From an uncultured Christensenella sp. (GTDB lineage: Bacteria; Bacillota; Clostridia; Christensenellales; CAG-917), in assembly GCA_910584155.1 (NCBI GenBank), contig CAJTYG010000002.1, forward strand, positions 141,381 to 205,380: DNA of 64,000 bases, read 5' to 3'. Below are positions 56,995 to 64,000 of the stretch, piece after piece. How positions within the stretch are numbered: position 1 is the stretch's first letter; each line of letters starts with the position of its first letter. Position numbers and translations under genes: made by a program. The notes under the pieces are model-generated. The model ran no database searches, was not told the origin of the DNA, and saw only the letters and a list, made by a program, of their open reading frames with translations.

Positions 56995-57450
56995 CTAAAT
57001 ACTATCTTTTGTTTTTATCATTTCAAAGTTCTGCAATTTGATGCCCGACCTCTCCACCTCTTGTTGCTTTGATACAGTATAATGTCGCTTTTCAAAAAAA
57101 GGTTTTGCCGTAATAGAAGCATAAGTTTTTATGACCGAAAATTTTGCTTCCAACTCATCACATATTGCAGTTGCAATGCCCTGCCACTGAAAATCTTTAT
57201 GCACAAACAGCATATCTAAACAGCCAAATTTGTCAATACTGCCAAATCCGACTATTTTGCCGTCGATTTCGGCGATCACGGTATGCTGAGACATCAAAGT
57301 CTTATGCTTTGCTTGCAAGCTGTCCTCGCCGTGCGCCCAAGCACAAAGCTGCTCTGCCGTATAATCTTTGGCATTTACGGTATGCACGGTCTCGTAAAAC
57401 AGCTTTGACACTGCGTTGCAATCTTCATCTCTATAACGTCTCAAAATCAT
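56995..57450 (-). CDS. GNAT-family N-acetyltransferase
   Basis: 151 aa. The acetyl-CoA motif region LFVHKDFQWQGIATAICDELE (Q/RxxGxG/A). Confidence 0.8.
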   Translation of the reverse strand: MILRRYRDEDCNAVSKLFYETVHTVNAKDYTAEQLCAWAHGEDSLQAKHKTLMSQHTVIAEIDGKIVGFGSIDKFGCLDMLFVHKDFQWQGIATAICDELEAKFSVIKTYASITAKPFFEKRHYTVSKQQEVERSGIKLQNFEMIKTKDSI

Positions 57451-57959
57451 AAATTTATATCCACGTCGTAAACCTTGTCTATCAAAACATATGACAAACT
57501 GTATTTTTTACAAAGCCGCAAATTGCGTGCGTTGTCTATTATCAACTCGTTTTTATCTACAGTGTCTGCGCCAAACCGCTTTTCTATGACGTTTTCAAAT
57601 TTGAATATGTCGGACAAATTTTGTTCAATATACTCGGCTGTCATTATCAGACAGTAAAACTTGATTTGAGATAAATAGCTTTTTTCAAAATCTTTTTGCC
57701 AATCAAAAGGAATATAGCAGCCTTCTATTATCAGATTTTGCCCATTTTCTATTGCAGTCTTTATCATTTCCTTTACGATAGACCAAAGATACGGCACAAG
57801 CTCACTGTCATCGTTTGCGCTAAGCCCTGTCTGTCCGCTTCTTATCAGCCCCATCTTCAGATGATCGATAGAAAAATACGGCATTTTGTATCTTTCCATC
57901 AGCCGTTGAGCTAAAGCGGTCTTTCCCGTATGCGTTGTCCCCGAAATCAAAACTATCAT
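57447..57959 (-). CDS. P-loop NTPase/kinase-like protein (AAA_33 / 2-phosphoglycerate-kinase-like)
   Basis: 170 aa. Walker A GTTHTGKTALA at the N-terminus. A 4-nt ATGA overlap with the downstream GNAT gene. Confidence 0.65.
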   Translation of the reverse strand: MIVLISGTTHTGKTALAQRLMERYKMPYFSIDHLKMGLIRSGQTGLSANDDSELVPYLWSIVKEMIKTAIENGQNLIIEGCYIPFDWQKDFEKSYLSQIKFYCLIMTAEYIEQNLSDIFKFENVIEKRFGADTVDKNELIIDNARNLRLCKKYSLSYVLIDKVYDVDINL

Positions 57960-58234
57960 ATCAAAACTATATCACACTCTCCCGCCGTTTTCAACCGTCT
58001 TAATGCATAGTACAATTCGCAACATTTCTTGTGCTATCAACATCGATTTAAAACTACTATATTACTCTATAATAGATTAAAAGAATGCCCCCGCTTATTA
58101 CTTGCAAAGCACATCTTAAACAATTAGTACTTCTATAAATATCTTCTTAAAAGTAATTATATAACTAAAACCTAATCCATTGTTTAGATTAGGTTTTAAG
58201 TGTCTGTCTAGCACAAAATACCAAGTTTTTTTAT

Positions 58235-58915
58235 TTAAAGAATAATATTAGGAGGCATTTGAATATCTCTTATATGCTTGTACATATTTTTATAAACATC
58301 ATTATTAATATCATAAGCTTTTGCCGATCCTATATATTCTACAGTATAAGTACAAATCTCTCCTAAATTATTATCTAAATTCAGTTCACACTCAAAACTA
58401 TAATAAAAATTATAGATGGAACGACATATAATATAAAATTTAGTTTGAGGATAATATCCGACAAACTTATTATCTAAAAGCGTTATAACCTCGTTTTCTT
58501 TTGCAACTAATCCCAAATTTACAAGCTCAAAAGCTTCATTGTCATATTCAATATGACTAAAATACACCAAATTATTAGAAAGGTTTTGAATTGAAAAATC
58601 TTTTATTGCATAATATATTTCTTTACCAAACACTTGGCCATTATTATCACGAATATATTGAGGTTCTCTATATGGAGGAAAAATCTCCATACTATCGTCT
58701 GCTGTCATATTATGTACAATTCTAAAAGCAGGTATTGCCGCTTGTATTCTCATTTCTCTTTCGATGCGTCTATCTTCTTTTTGTATATACAATGGAATAA
58801 CAATGCCTGAAACTATCGAACTAATTACTGCTAAAATAGAAATTACAATCGCTATTATGTCCATCTTAATTTTAGAACTTAACTTTTCTTTCTTAGAGCT
58901 CAACTTTTCTTTCAT
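58235..58915 (-). CDS. hypothetical membrane-anchored protein
   Basis: 226 aa. The N-terminus has a tandem KEKLSSK duplication followed by one TM helix. Very AT-rich. No recognisable domain. Confidence 0.55.
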   Translation of the reverse strand: MKEKLSSKKEKLSSKIKMDIIAIVISILAVISSIVSGIVIPLYIQKEDRRIEREMRIQAAIPAFRIVHNMTADDSMEIFPPYREPQYIRDNNGQVFGKEIYYAIKDFSIQNLSNNLVYFSHIEYDNEAFELVNLGLVAKENEVITLLDNKFVGYYPQTKFYIICRSIYNFYYSFECELNLDNNLGEICTYTVEYIGSAKAYDINNDVYKNMYKHIRDIQMPPNIIL

Positions 58916-59144
58916 TTATTTTTATCTCCTATTTTTTAATTCTTCTAACTAATTTTATACTCTCACATTACTTCAATAAAGCATGTAGGAGCTTTATTGA
59001 TAAATATAGTTGCTGTTCTGTAAATTTAAGTTTATAGTTTTTAGGATGATGAGTTTTATTTCTAATATACACAGGCAAAGTAGAGTATTCTAATTCCCCA
59101 TTCTTCCCATAAGATTTATAAAAATATTTATCGTATTATAAATA

Positions 59145-59200
59145 TGGTGCCGCTGACCGGAGTCGAACCGGTACGATATTTCTACCGAGGGATTTTAAGT
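59145..59200 (-). pseudogene. 3' fragment of tRNA-Leu(UAA) (anticodon loop to CCA), putative att-site remnant
   Basis: Minus strand: ACUUAAAAUCCCU-CGGUAGAAAUAUCG-UA-CCGGUUCGACUCCGG-U-CAGCGGC-ACCA. These parts are the anticodon loop with UAA, a variable arm with a GAAA loop, the T arm, the acceptor 3' strand, and an encoded CCA. The 5' half (acceptor 5' strand, D arm) is absent from the adjacent sequence. Confidence 0.75.
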
Positions 59201-59326
59201 TAAATTAATCACTGTTTACATCTGTAAAATAGCATATTTTTCGGTAAAAAACAAGCAATTTAATATGTTTTAACTGTTTAATTATGTTAAGTTGAGAAAA
59301 CTTTGCGAGAAAAATGCGAGAAATTT

Positions 59327-59355
59327 TTGAATTTTTAATTTTCTTATGTTATAGT
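59327..59355 (+). promoter_or_regulatory. promoter of the DUF2971 gene
   Basis: TTGAAT (59327-59332), 17 nt, then TATAGT (59350-59355). It is preceded by a tandem TGCGAGAAA repeat. Confidence 0.55.
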
Positions 59356-59410
59356 ATTAGTGCTTTGTTTCTTATTGCAAATATCAATACTTAATTGTTG
59401 GAGATTTGAG

Positions 59411-60775
59411 ATGACAGATGATTGCGTAAAAGAGTTTATACATAAAATTGTTGAAGGCGATTTAGCTAAAACGGAATTGGAAATTAGAGATAGTAAGTTG
59501 CCGCACATCAATTTGCCACTCTATAAATATTGTGCGGTATGTGAAGACTCAAAACGAACACAAGATACCATAGACTACAATATAGATAATTTTGAAAACG
59601 ACGTTTTATACTTTCAAAATCCTGCAAACTTTAATGATCCATTTGATTGTTTTCTTGGCTTCTCACAATCTCAAATAGTTAAAGATTTATTAGCCCAAGA
59701 ATTAAGAAAAAAGCATCAATATACTCCCCAGAACAAACAGACTATCGACTCATTATTTGAGTATACAGGAAATATACAAGAAATAATAGATAATAACTAT
59801 GATAGTGTTATAGAAATAATTGAAGCCGCATTCGAAATAATGGAGTCAGATGATCCATTTCAAAAATTTGCACAAGAACTCGTTGTTTCTTTGGCTAAGA
59901 CTGATCAAAAATTATTTCAAAGAATAATAAATAATAAAATTACAATTATGGACAAAAAACATATAATAGACCTGTTTTTTGATAATCAGCAATTTCAAGA
60001 TTTATTAATCCAATCAATCGAATCTCATGATACTAACCTAATTGAAATAACACGTCGTGAAATGAAATTAAAGATTGAGAACGATCCTAATTTTTTGTAT
60101 TTTGAAAATGAAGATAGTGACTTCTCTATTCTATCATTTATATTCAATATAGCTTCATTTTTACATCCTGAACAAAAATCCAATGTTGAGTTAGATAATT
60201 TGAAATCGCAATTTGATAAATTATCAAAAGCAGCTTTGAATAAAGTCCGCCAAATCATATCCGAAACATTTAAAGTGACTTGTTTAAGCGAAAGAATGGA
60301 TTCGCCTTTAATGTGGTCTCACTATGCAAATAAACATTATGGATTTTGTCTTGAATACGATTTTACGTCCACTATAACTAATATACATAACGATTTATTA
60401 CTTGCACAGTTGATGCTATTTCCTGTTCATTATTCTAATGACAGACCTCTTATATCAAAAACATTTTTTAATACAAAAGCTAAACTTAATTACATAAAAC
60501 ACAAACAACTGCCACCACGTGCCATAGATGAACTAGTTTACGGTCTCTTGGGTAAGAGCTTGGACTGGGAATATGAGAAGGAATGGAGAATCTTTCAGTT
60601 AGGCGGTAAAGAAACAATGAAATTGCCAAAACCACAAAAATTGTTTCTTGGGGCAAATATTGAGGAAGCAGCTAAGCAACGCCTTATTAAAATAGCCAAA
60701 GGAAAGAAAATCCCTGTTTTTCAAATGTGTCTAAAACCTGACAACTATCAGTTCGACTATTATAGAATAGATTAA
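59411..60775 (+). CDS. DUF2971-family protein
   Basis: ATG at 59411 with a TGGAGA RBS. The hallmark SPLMWSHYANKHYGFCLEYDF and a later EKEWRIF match DUF2971. 454 aa. Confidence 0.75.
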   Translation: MTDDCVKEFIHKIVEGDLAKTELEIRDSKLPHINLPLYKYCAVCEDSKRTQDTIDYNIDNFENDVLYFQNPANFNDPFDCFLGFSQSQIVKDLLAQELRKKHQYTPQNKQTIDSLFEYTGNIQEIIDNNYDSVIEIIEAAFEIMESDDPFQKFAQELVVSLAKTDQKLFQRIINNKITIMDKKHIIDLFFDNQQFQDLLIQSIESHDTNLIEITRREMKLKIENDPNFLYFENEDSDFSILSFIFNIASFLHPEQKSNVELDNLKSQFDKLSKAALNKVRQIISETFKVTCLSERMDSPLMWSHYANKHYGFCLEYDFTSTITNIHNDLLLAQLMLFPVHYSNDRPLISKTFFNTKAKLNYIKHKQLPPRAIDELVYGLLGKSLDWEYEKEWRIFQLGGKETMKLPKPQKLFLGANIEEAAKQRLIKIAKGKKIPVFQMCLKPDNYQFDYYRID

Positions 60776-60802
60776 GTTACATCTAGATTTTGTCACACTC
60801 AC

Positions 60803-60831
60803 TTGATAGTATAAAATTTATATGCTATAAT
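60803..60831 (+). promoter_or_regulatory. promoter of the Mrr-like nuclease gene
   Basis: TTGATA (60803-60808), 17 nt, then an extended -10 TGcTATAAT (-10 hexamer 60826-60831). Confidence 0.6.
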
Positions 60832-60859
60832 TAAATAGTTTATAAATTTAGGAGTTACT

Positions 60860-61771
60860 ATGCCAAAGAAATTGTCGCCGCAAGCATTAATTGCATTAAA
60901 AGATGCTTTAATCGTTATTTATTGGAAGAAAACCGATCTAAGGTTATTTATAGAAAATAGTTTTGAAGATGTAGAAAAAGGTAGAAAGTTCTGTGCAACT
61001 TTGGATTTTAGCAATACCAAATATGTTATAGTTAATGAAGTTGTTGACAGAATGTATAAAAGACCTGATCTTTACAATAATGACCTAGTAAGTTTGTGTT
61101 ATAATACTTGCAATATGAATGATTTTAGTCATTTATTGATTTGGGATAATGGGAAAGAAAAAGCAAAAATAGCAAAAGAAAAAGTTGCAATATTGCAACA
61201 ACAATGTAAAGGATATTTTGATCTACAAGAAGAGCGAAAACTGGCAGAAAAAAGAAAACAAGAATATAATAAAGTTCAAGATACAATGAATGAACGAAAG
61301 CAACTAATTCAAAGTCTTAAAGACGAATTTAATGATGTAATTAGCAAAGATGAACAAGCACGTGGATATGCATTTGAAAAATTTCTAAACCATATTTTTG
61401 CTCATTATGATTTAGCTCCACGTGGTTCTTTTAAGACAAACGGTGAGCAAATAGACGGAGCATTTACACATAACTCTACTGACTATTTATTGGAGGCTAA
61501 GTGGCAAACAAAACTAATTTCCCTATCTGACTTATATATTTTTCAAGGCAAAATAGATTCTAAACTAAAAAATACAATTGGACTTTATGTGTCTTTTAAT
61601 GGGTACTCTAACGAAGTATTAGAAAATTTTCAAGCAAAAGCAATAATTCTTGTTGATGGACAAGATCTATGTCAAATATTAGAAGATAGAATTTCACTGC
61701 CCGATATGATAGAAGCTAAAAGAAAAGAAGCAGCTACCACAGGCAATGTAATGTATAGAATTAATTGTTAA
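60860..61771 (+). CDS. restriction-endonuclease-like (Mrr_cat, PD-(D/E)xK) protein with N-terminal unknown domain and central coiled coil
   Basis: 303 aa. AGGAG RBS. The C-terminal RGYAFEKFLNHIFAHYDL...GEQIDGAF...DYLLEAKWQ (D...ExK) matches the Mrr catalytic core. A K/E/Q-rich helical segment spans aa ~95-160. Confidence 0.75.
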   Translation: MPKKLSPQALIALKDALIVIYWKKTDLRLFIENSFEDVEKGRKFCATLDFSNTKYVIVNEVVDRMYKRPDLYNNDLVSLCYNTCNMNDFSHLLIWDNGKEKAKIAKEKVAILQQQCKGYFDLQEERKLAEKRKQEYNKVQDTMNERKQLIQSLKDEFNDVISKDEQARGYAFEKFLNHIFAHYDLAPRGSFKTNGEQIDGAFTHNSTDYLLEAKWQTKLISLSDLYIFQGKIDSKLKNTIGLYVSFNGYSNEVLENFQAKAIILVDGQDLCQILEDRISLPDMIEAKRKEAATTGNVMYRINC

Positions 61772-61783
61772 ATCCGCAATCTT

Positions 61784-61815
61784 AAATTAAGAGCCATACA
61801 AGGCTCTTTAATTTT
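61784..61815 (+). terminator. terminator-like hairpin after the nuclease gene
   Basis: AAGAGCC (61789-61795) / GGCTCTT (61802-61808), extended by A/T pairs and followed by TAATTTT. Confidence 0.55.
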
Positions 61816-61864
61816 ACACTACTCTGTCGATTTTGGTCGATATTTTTTCTATTGTCATAATTTA

Positions 61865-61893
61865 TTGAATTTTCATTTTTTATATGTTAGAAT
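61865..61893 (+). promoter_or_regulatory. promoter of candidate small RNA
   Basis: TTGAAT (61865-61870), 17 nt, then TAGAAT (61888-61893). Confidence 0.5.
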
Positions 61894-61899
61894 AAGCGT

Positions 61900-62057
61900 G
61901 CGACGTAACTTAATATTTTTTATTCCTAAAAGAGCCAAATCTTCATTTGGCAATTCTTGCTTAGCCTGAATTTTCTCTTTTAGGAAGAAAGTTACGTCGC
62001 AAACACGGGCGAAGCATGGTTGTAGTGCGTCGCCTATGGCGGCGCACTTTTTGTTTT
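61900..62057 (+). ncRNA. candidate structured small RNA (~155 nt) with its own promoter and terminator
   Basis: Outer stem TGCGACGTAACT (61899-61910) / AGTTACGTCGCA (61990-62001). Inner stem TTCCTAAAAGAG (61923-61934) / CTCTTTTAGGAA (61975-61986). Apical hairpin CCAAAT-CTTC-ATTTGG (61935-61950). A strong terminator follows: AGTGCGTCGCC-TAT-GGCGGCGCACT then TTTTGTTTT (62024-62057). No credible ORF. Confidence 0.5.
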
Positions 62058-62110
62058 ATTAGCATATTCTGCACTGCCACATTATAAAATCATACAAACT
62101 GTATAATATC

Positions 62111-62140
62111 TTGACATTATTGTGCGGAATGTGCTATATT
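62111..62140 (+). promoter_or_regulatory. promoter of the downstream lipoprotein gene
   Basis: TTGACA (62111-62116), 18 nt, then an extended -10 TGcTATATT (-10 hexamer 62135-62140). Confidence 0.55.
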
Positions 62141-62157
62141 GTCAACAAGGAGGAAAT

Positions 62158-63699
62158 ATGATAAAACAATCGCAAAATGCGAGTTTAGAAGTTGCTAAAA
62201 GGTTTTTCAAAAAGCTTCTCAAATGTGGAACAATCGGTGCAACGGGCTTTATAATGCTTGTAAATTTTACGTCTTGCAACAAGCCAACACAAAAACCGAG
62301 CGAAACTCCAAATCCAAAGCCACCTATTGAGCAACCGGACGATCCAACACCTATTGAAAAATCAATTAGCATAGATAAAATTTATAATGATAATTTTGCA
62401 GGCACTTCTTTTGCAGCAGATATATTAGCGGCACAAAATGCACTTGCAAATAGAGTTTTTGATAATCTAACCCCACAAATCGCAAATATTACATATGACG
62501 AAGGCACAAAACAATTGACCTTTGAAATCAACTACGTTGAAGACAACAAAGCTAAATCAGGTTCAATGACATTTACTGCTCCTGCGTTTTTCCAACAAAT
62601 AAGAGGAAAACAAGCGAAGGCACTGATTCTTGAATACGCTGAACTTTTAGCCAATAGCGAAGTCAAAGAAAGCAGCGTTGACGAAATAACCGCAAAAATT
62701 GAAAAAGCAATCGATGACATTGCCGAACAAATTGCAACGAGCTTTGCTGCCGTAAAAACTAACAACATAATCGTAGAAAAAGAGCAAGACCCTATCCCAG
62801 TTGAAACAATCTCTTTTGACGAGCTTATTGCAGACGAACTTGGCGACTATTTAGGCAATATTGCATTATTGCAAGAGCCAAGTAAACAAGCGATACAACA
62901 AAATAACCCAAGAGACCAGATTTTAGACGATTTTAAGATAGCCATTGAAAATAATGAATTGGTTTTCTACTATAATCTTACTATTGGAACTACTTCAACT
63001 GTTGATAAGAGATTGACTGCTTCTACATATAAAGGCTCTGCTAATGAGTTTGAAGATTTAATAAGAATTGCTACCGATCCACAAGCTCTCTTAAACGCAT
63101 ATTTTACAAATTCACAACAAAATAATATGGCTATTGAGCTTAATAGTGAAGAATATCGTGCAATTTTATCCATTTGTCAAACCATTCTTAGCAATGTTAG
63201 TGAGCAATCGGATAAATTGTCTGAATTAAACTACAAAAACTTTACAAACAAAGAGCTTGCCCGTCACAACAACGAGCTTAGTCAAGAAGAAGCATTGAAG
63301 TTTGCTACTAAACTGGGCTACGCTGAGGACGAAGTGCTTGGTGTGTATGTTGGTAAAAGTGGCAATCGTGGTTTTGATGAAACTTTTGGAACGGGATATT
63401 GCAATTCTTTCACTTTATCTGTGCTATCAAAGGACTACCACCTATACACTTGTGTGGTATATGTACCTCACTATTCCGATTCTACTCAAGCAGATTATTA
63501 TCGCTATTTTCTTAAAGGCGAAAACGGCAAACAACGCCATGAATTAAAAAATGAAACTACAACTGTGATTAACGGAATAATTGTTGATTTCGCAGATAAA
63601 GACTCAATAGCACAAAACTTATATGCAAAATACGCAAGTATAAATGATTTAGACTACTATTTGCCATTAAATTTGATTTTAGATATTTTGCCTCGATAA
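62158..63699 (+). CDS. hypothetical lipoprotein
   Basis: ATG at 62158 with an AAGGAGG RBS. Signal sequence with lipobox-like VNFTSC, followed by a P/T/K-rich linker. No recognised domain. Confidence 0.7.
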   Translation: MIKQSQNASLEVAKRFFKKLLKCGTIGATGFIMLVNFTSCNKPTQKPSETPNPKPPIEQPDDPTPIEKSISIDKIYNDNFAGTSFAADILAAQNALANRVFDNLTPQIANITYDEGTKQLTFEINYVEDNKAKSGSMTFTAPAFFQQIRGKQAKALILEYAELLANSEVKESSVDEITAKIEKAIDDIAEQIATSFAAVKTNNIIVEKEQDPIPVETISFDELIADELGDYLGNIALLQEPSKQAIQQNNPRDQILDDFKIAIENNELVFYYNLTIGTTSTVDKRLTASTYKGSANEFEDLIRIATDPQALLNAYFTNSQQNNMAIELNSEEYRAILSICQTILSNVSEQSDKLSELNYKNFTNKELARHNNELSQEEALKFATKLGYAEDEVLGVYVGKSGNRGFDETFGTGYCNSFTLSVLSKDYHLYTCVVYVPHYSDSTQADYYRYFLKGENGKQRHELKNETTTVINGIIVDFADKDSIAQNLYAKYASINDLDYYLPLNLILDILPR

Positions 63700-63759
63700 C
63701 ATCGAGGTAAAATTTTAACCTCTTACATAACAAACCGTAGATAAAAGGAGTTTTTCATT

Positions 63760-64000
63760 ATGCAACGAAAGATGTTTGTTTCCCATAGGTATATGGGAAA
63801 CACCTTGCTGTACAGCAAGGTCAAAATCTTTATCGCTACCGCCTTAATAATTATCTTAACTATGTTTACAACAGGTTGTTTTTATACGCCTGACGGTGCG
63901 GACGATGATTTTGATATAGACAATGATTTTGGCATAAGTTTGGACGGTGTGCTTGTCTTACGCAAACCTTTCTCATATGATTGGAGCGGTGCCGTTCCCG
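63760..64000 (+). CDS. hypothetical lipoprotein, N-terminal fragment (continues past window)
   Basis: ATG at 63760 with an AAAGGAG RBS 9 nt upstream. TM/signal IFIATALIIILTMFTTGC (lipobox). The frame stays open to the window end. Confidence 0.5.
   Translation, partial: MQRKMFVSHRYMGNTLLYSKVKIFIATALIIILTMFTTGCFYTPDGADDDFDIDNDFGISLDGVLVLRKPFSYDWSGAVP

Larger units (their letters stand above)
59201..64000. mobile_element. putative tRNA-Leu-associated genomic island, left part (right end and any integrase outside window)
   Basis: The AT-rich block begins directly at the 5' side of the tRNA 3' fragment. It carries accessory genes (DUF2971, Mrr-like nuclease, lipoproteins), each with its own near-consensus promoter. 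Confidence 0.4.

Noticed and set aside
58868-58915. 21-bp tandem duplication at the 5' end of the 226-aa gene (encoding KEKLSSK twice)
   Set aside because: It is a simple in-frame duplication in very AT-rich DNA. Nothing suggests function beyond slippage.
59145-59260. An intact tRNA-Leu gene
   Set aside because: Only the 3' portion, from the anticodon loop onward, is present. The sequence where the D arm and 5' acceptor strand should be (59201-59235) cannot pair with the 3' acceptor strand CAGCGGC.
61899-62087. Integron attC site or type I toxin-antitoxin locus
   Set aside because: The arm sequences (ACGTAAC / GTTACGT) do not fit the RYYYAAC / GTTRRRY cores, and the flanking genes have their own promoters. 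The only hydrophobic mini-ORF (23 aa, from 62016) lacks an RBS and extends past the terminator. A 7-nt complementarity between the apical region and the nuclease start codon is at chance level.
1-64000. Integrase, transposase, IS elements, prophage structural genes, rRNA or CRISPR-Cas anywhere in the window
   Set aside because: None of the ORF translations shows integrase (R..H..R..Y), DDE transposase, capsid/terminase or Cas motifs that I can recognise. Mobility of the right-hand island is therefore inferred only from the tRNA fragment and from composition.

Overview
This is a chromosomal segment from a low-to-medium GC Firmicute, probably a spore-forming member of the Clostridia. Supporting signs are GGAGG-type RBSs, gpr next to rpsT, and the comM-dprA-topA-trmFO-hslVU gene order. 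No database search was possible, and all calls rest on motifs read by eye in the ORF translations and the DNA.

Most of the window is core genome, transcribed mainly on the minus strand:
- 0-2.3 kb: glycerol utilisation (gldA 3' end, fused DhaK/DhaL kinase).
- 2.3-15.8 kb: an S8 peptidase cluster, then glyA, trxA, rseC-like, hisS, hslU, hslV, trmFO, topA, dprA, comM.
- 22-35 kb: a LURP-one-like protein, an EF-G paralog, murI, gpr, rpsT, several large surface proteins and an aminotransferase.
- 35.6-48.8 kb: a long purine operon (purE-purC-purF-[344 nt gap]-purM-FNT-purN-purO-purH-purD-purL-folD). It is preceded by what reads as a ZTP (pfl-motif) riboswitch with an intrinsic terminator.
- 49.2-55.8 kb: fhs, guaB and a 1030-aa transglutaminase-like surface protein.

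Two regions stand out.
1. 15.95-21.95 kb holds a tight four-gene operon. Two paralogous SipW-type (S26B) signal peptidases bracket a McrB-family AAA+ GTPase and a McrC/DUF2357-like partner. The GTPase has a transmembrane helix at its N-terminus instead of a DNA reader. In the partner, the nuclease domain appears to be replaced by a roughly 490-aa charged tail.
2. From about 55.85 kb the sequence looks visibly AT-richer (judged by eye, not computed). A 56-nt 3' fragment of tRNA-Leu(UAA) at 59145-59200 looks like an att remnant. To its right are a DUF2971 protein, a coiled-coil Mrr-type PD-(D/E)xK nuclease, a promoter-to-terminator small-RNA candidate and lipoprotein genes.

No rRNA, intact tRNA, CRISPR array, integrase or transposase was seen.
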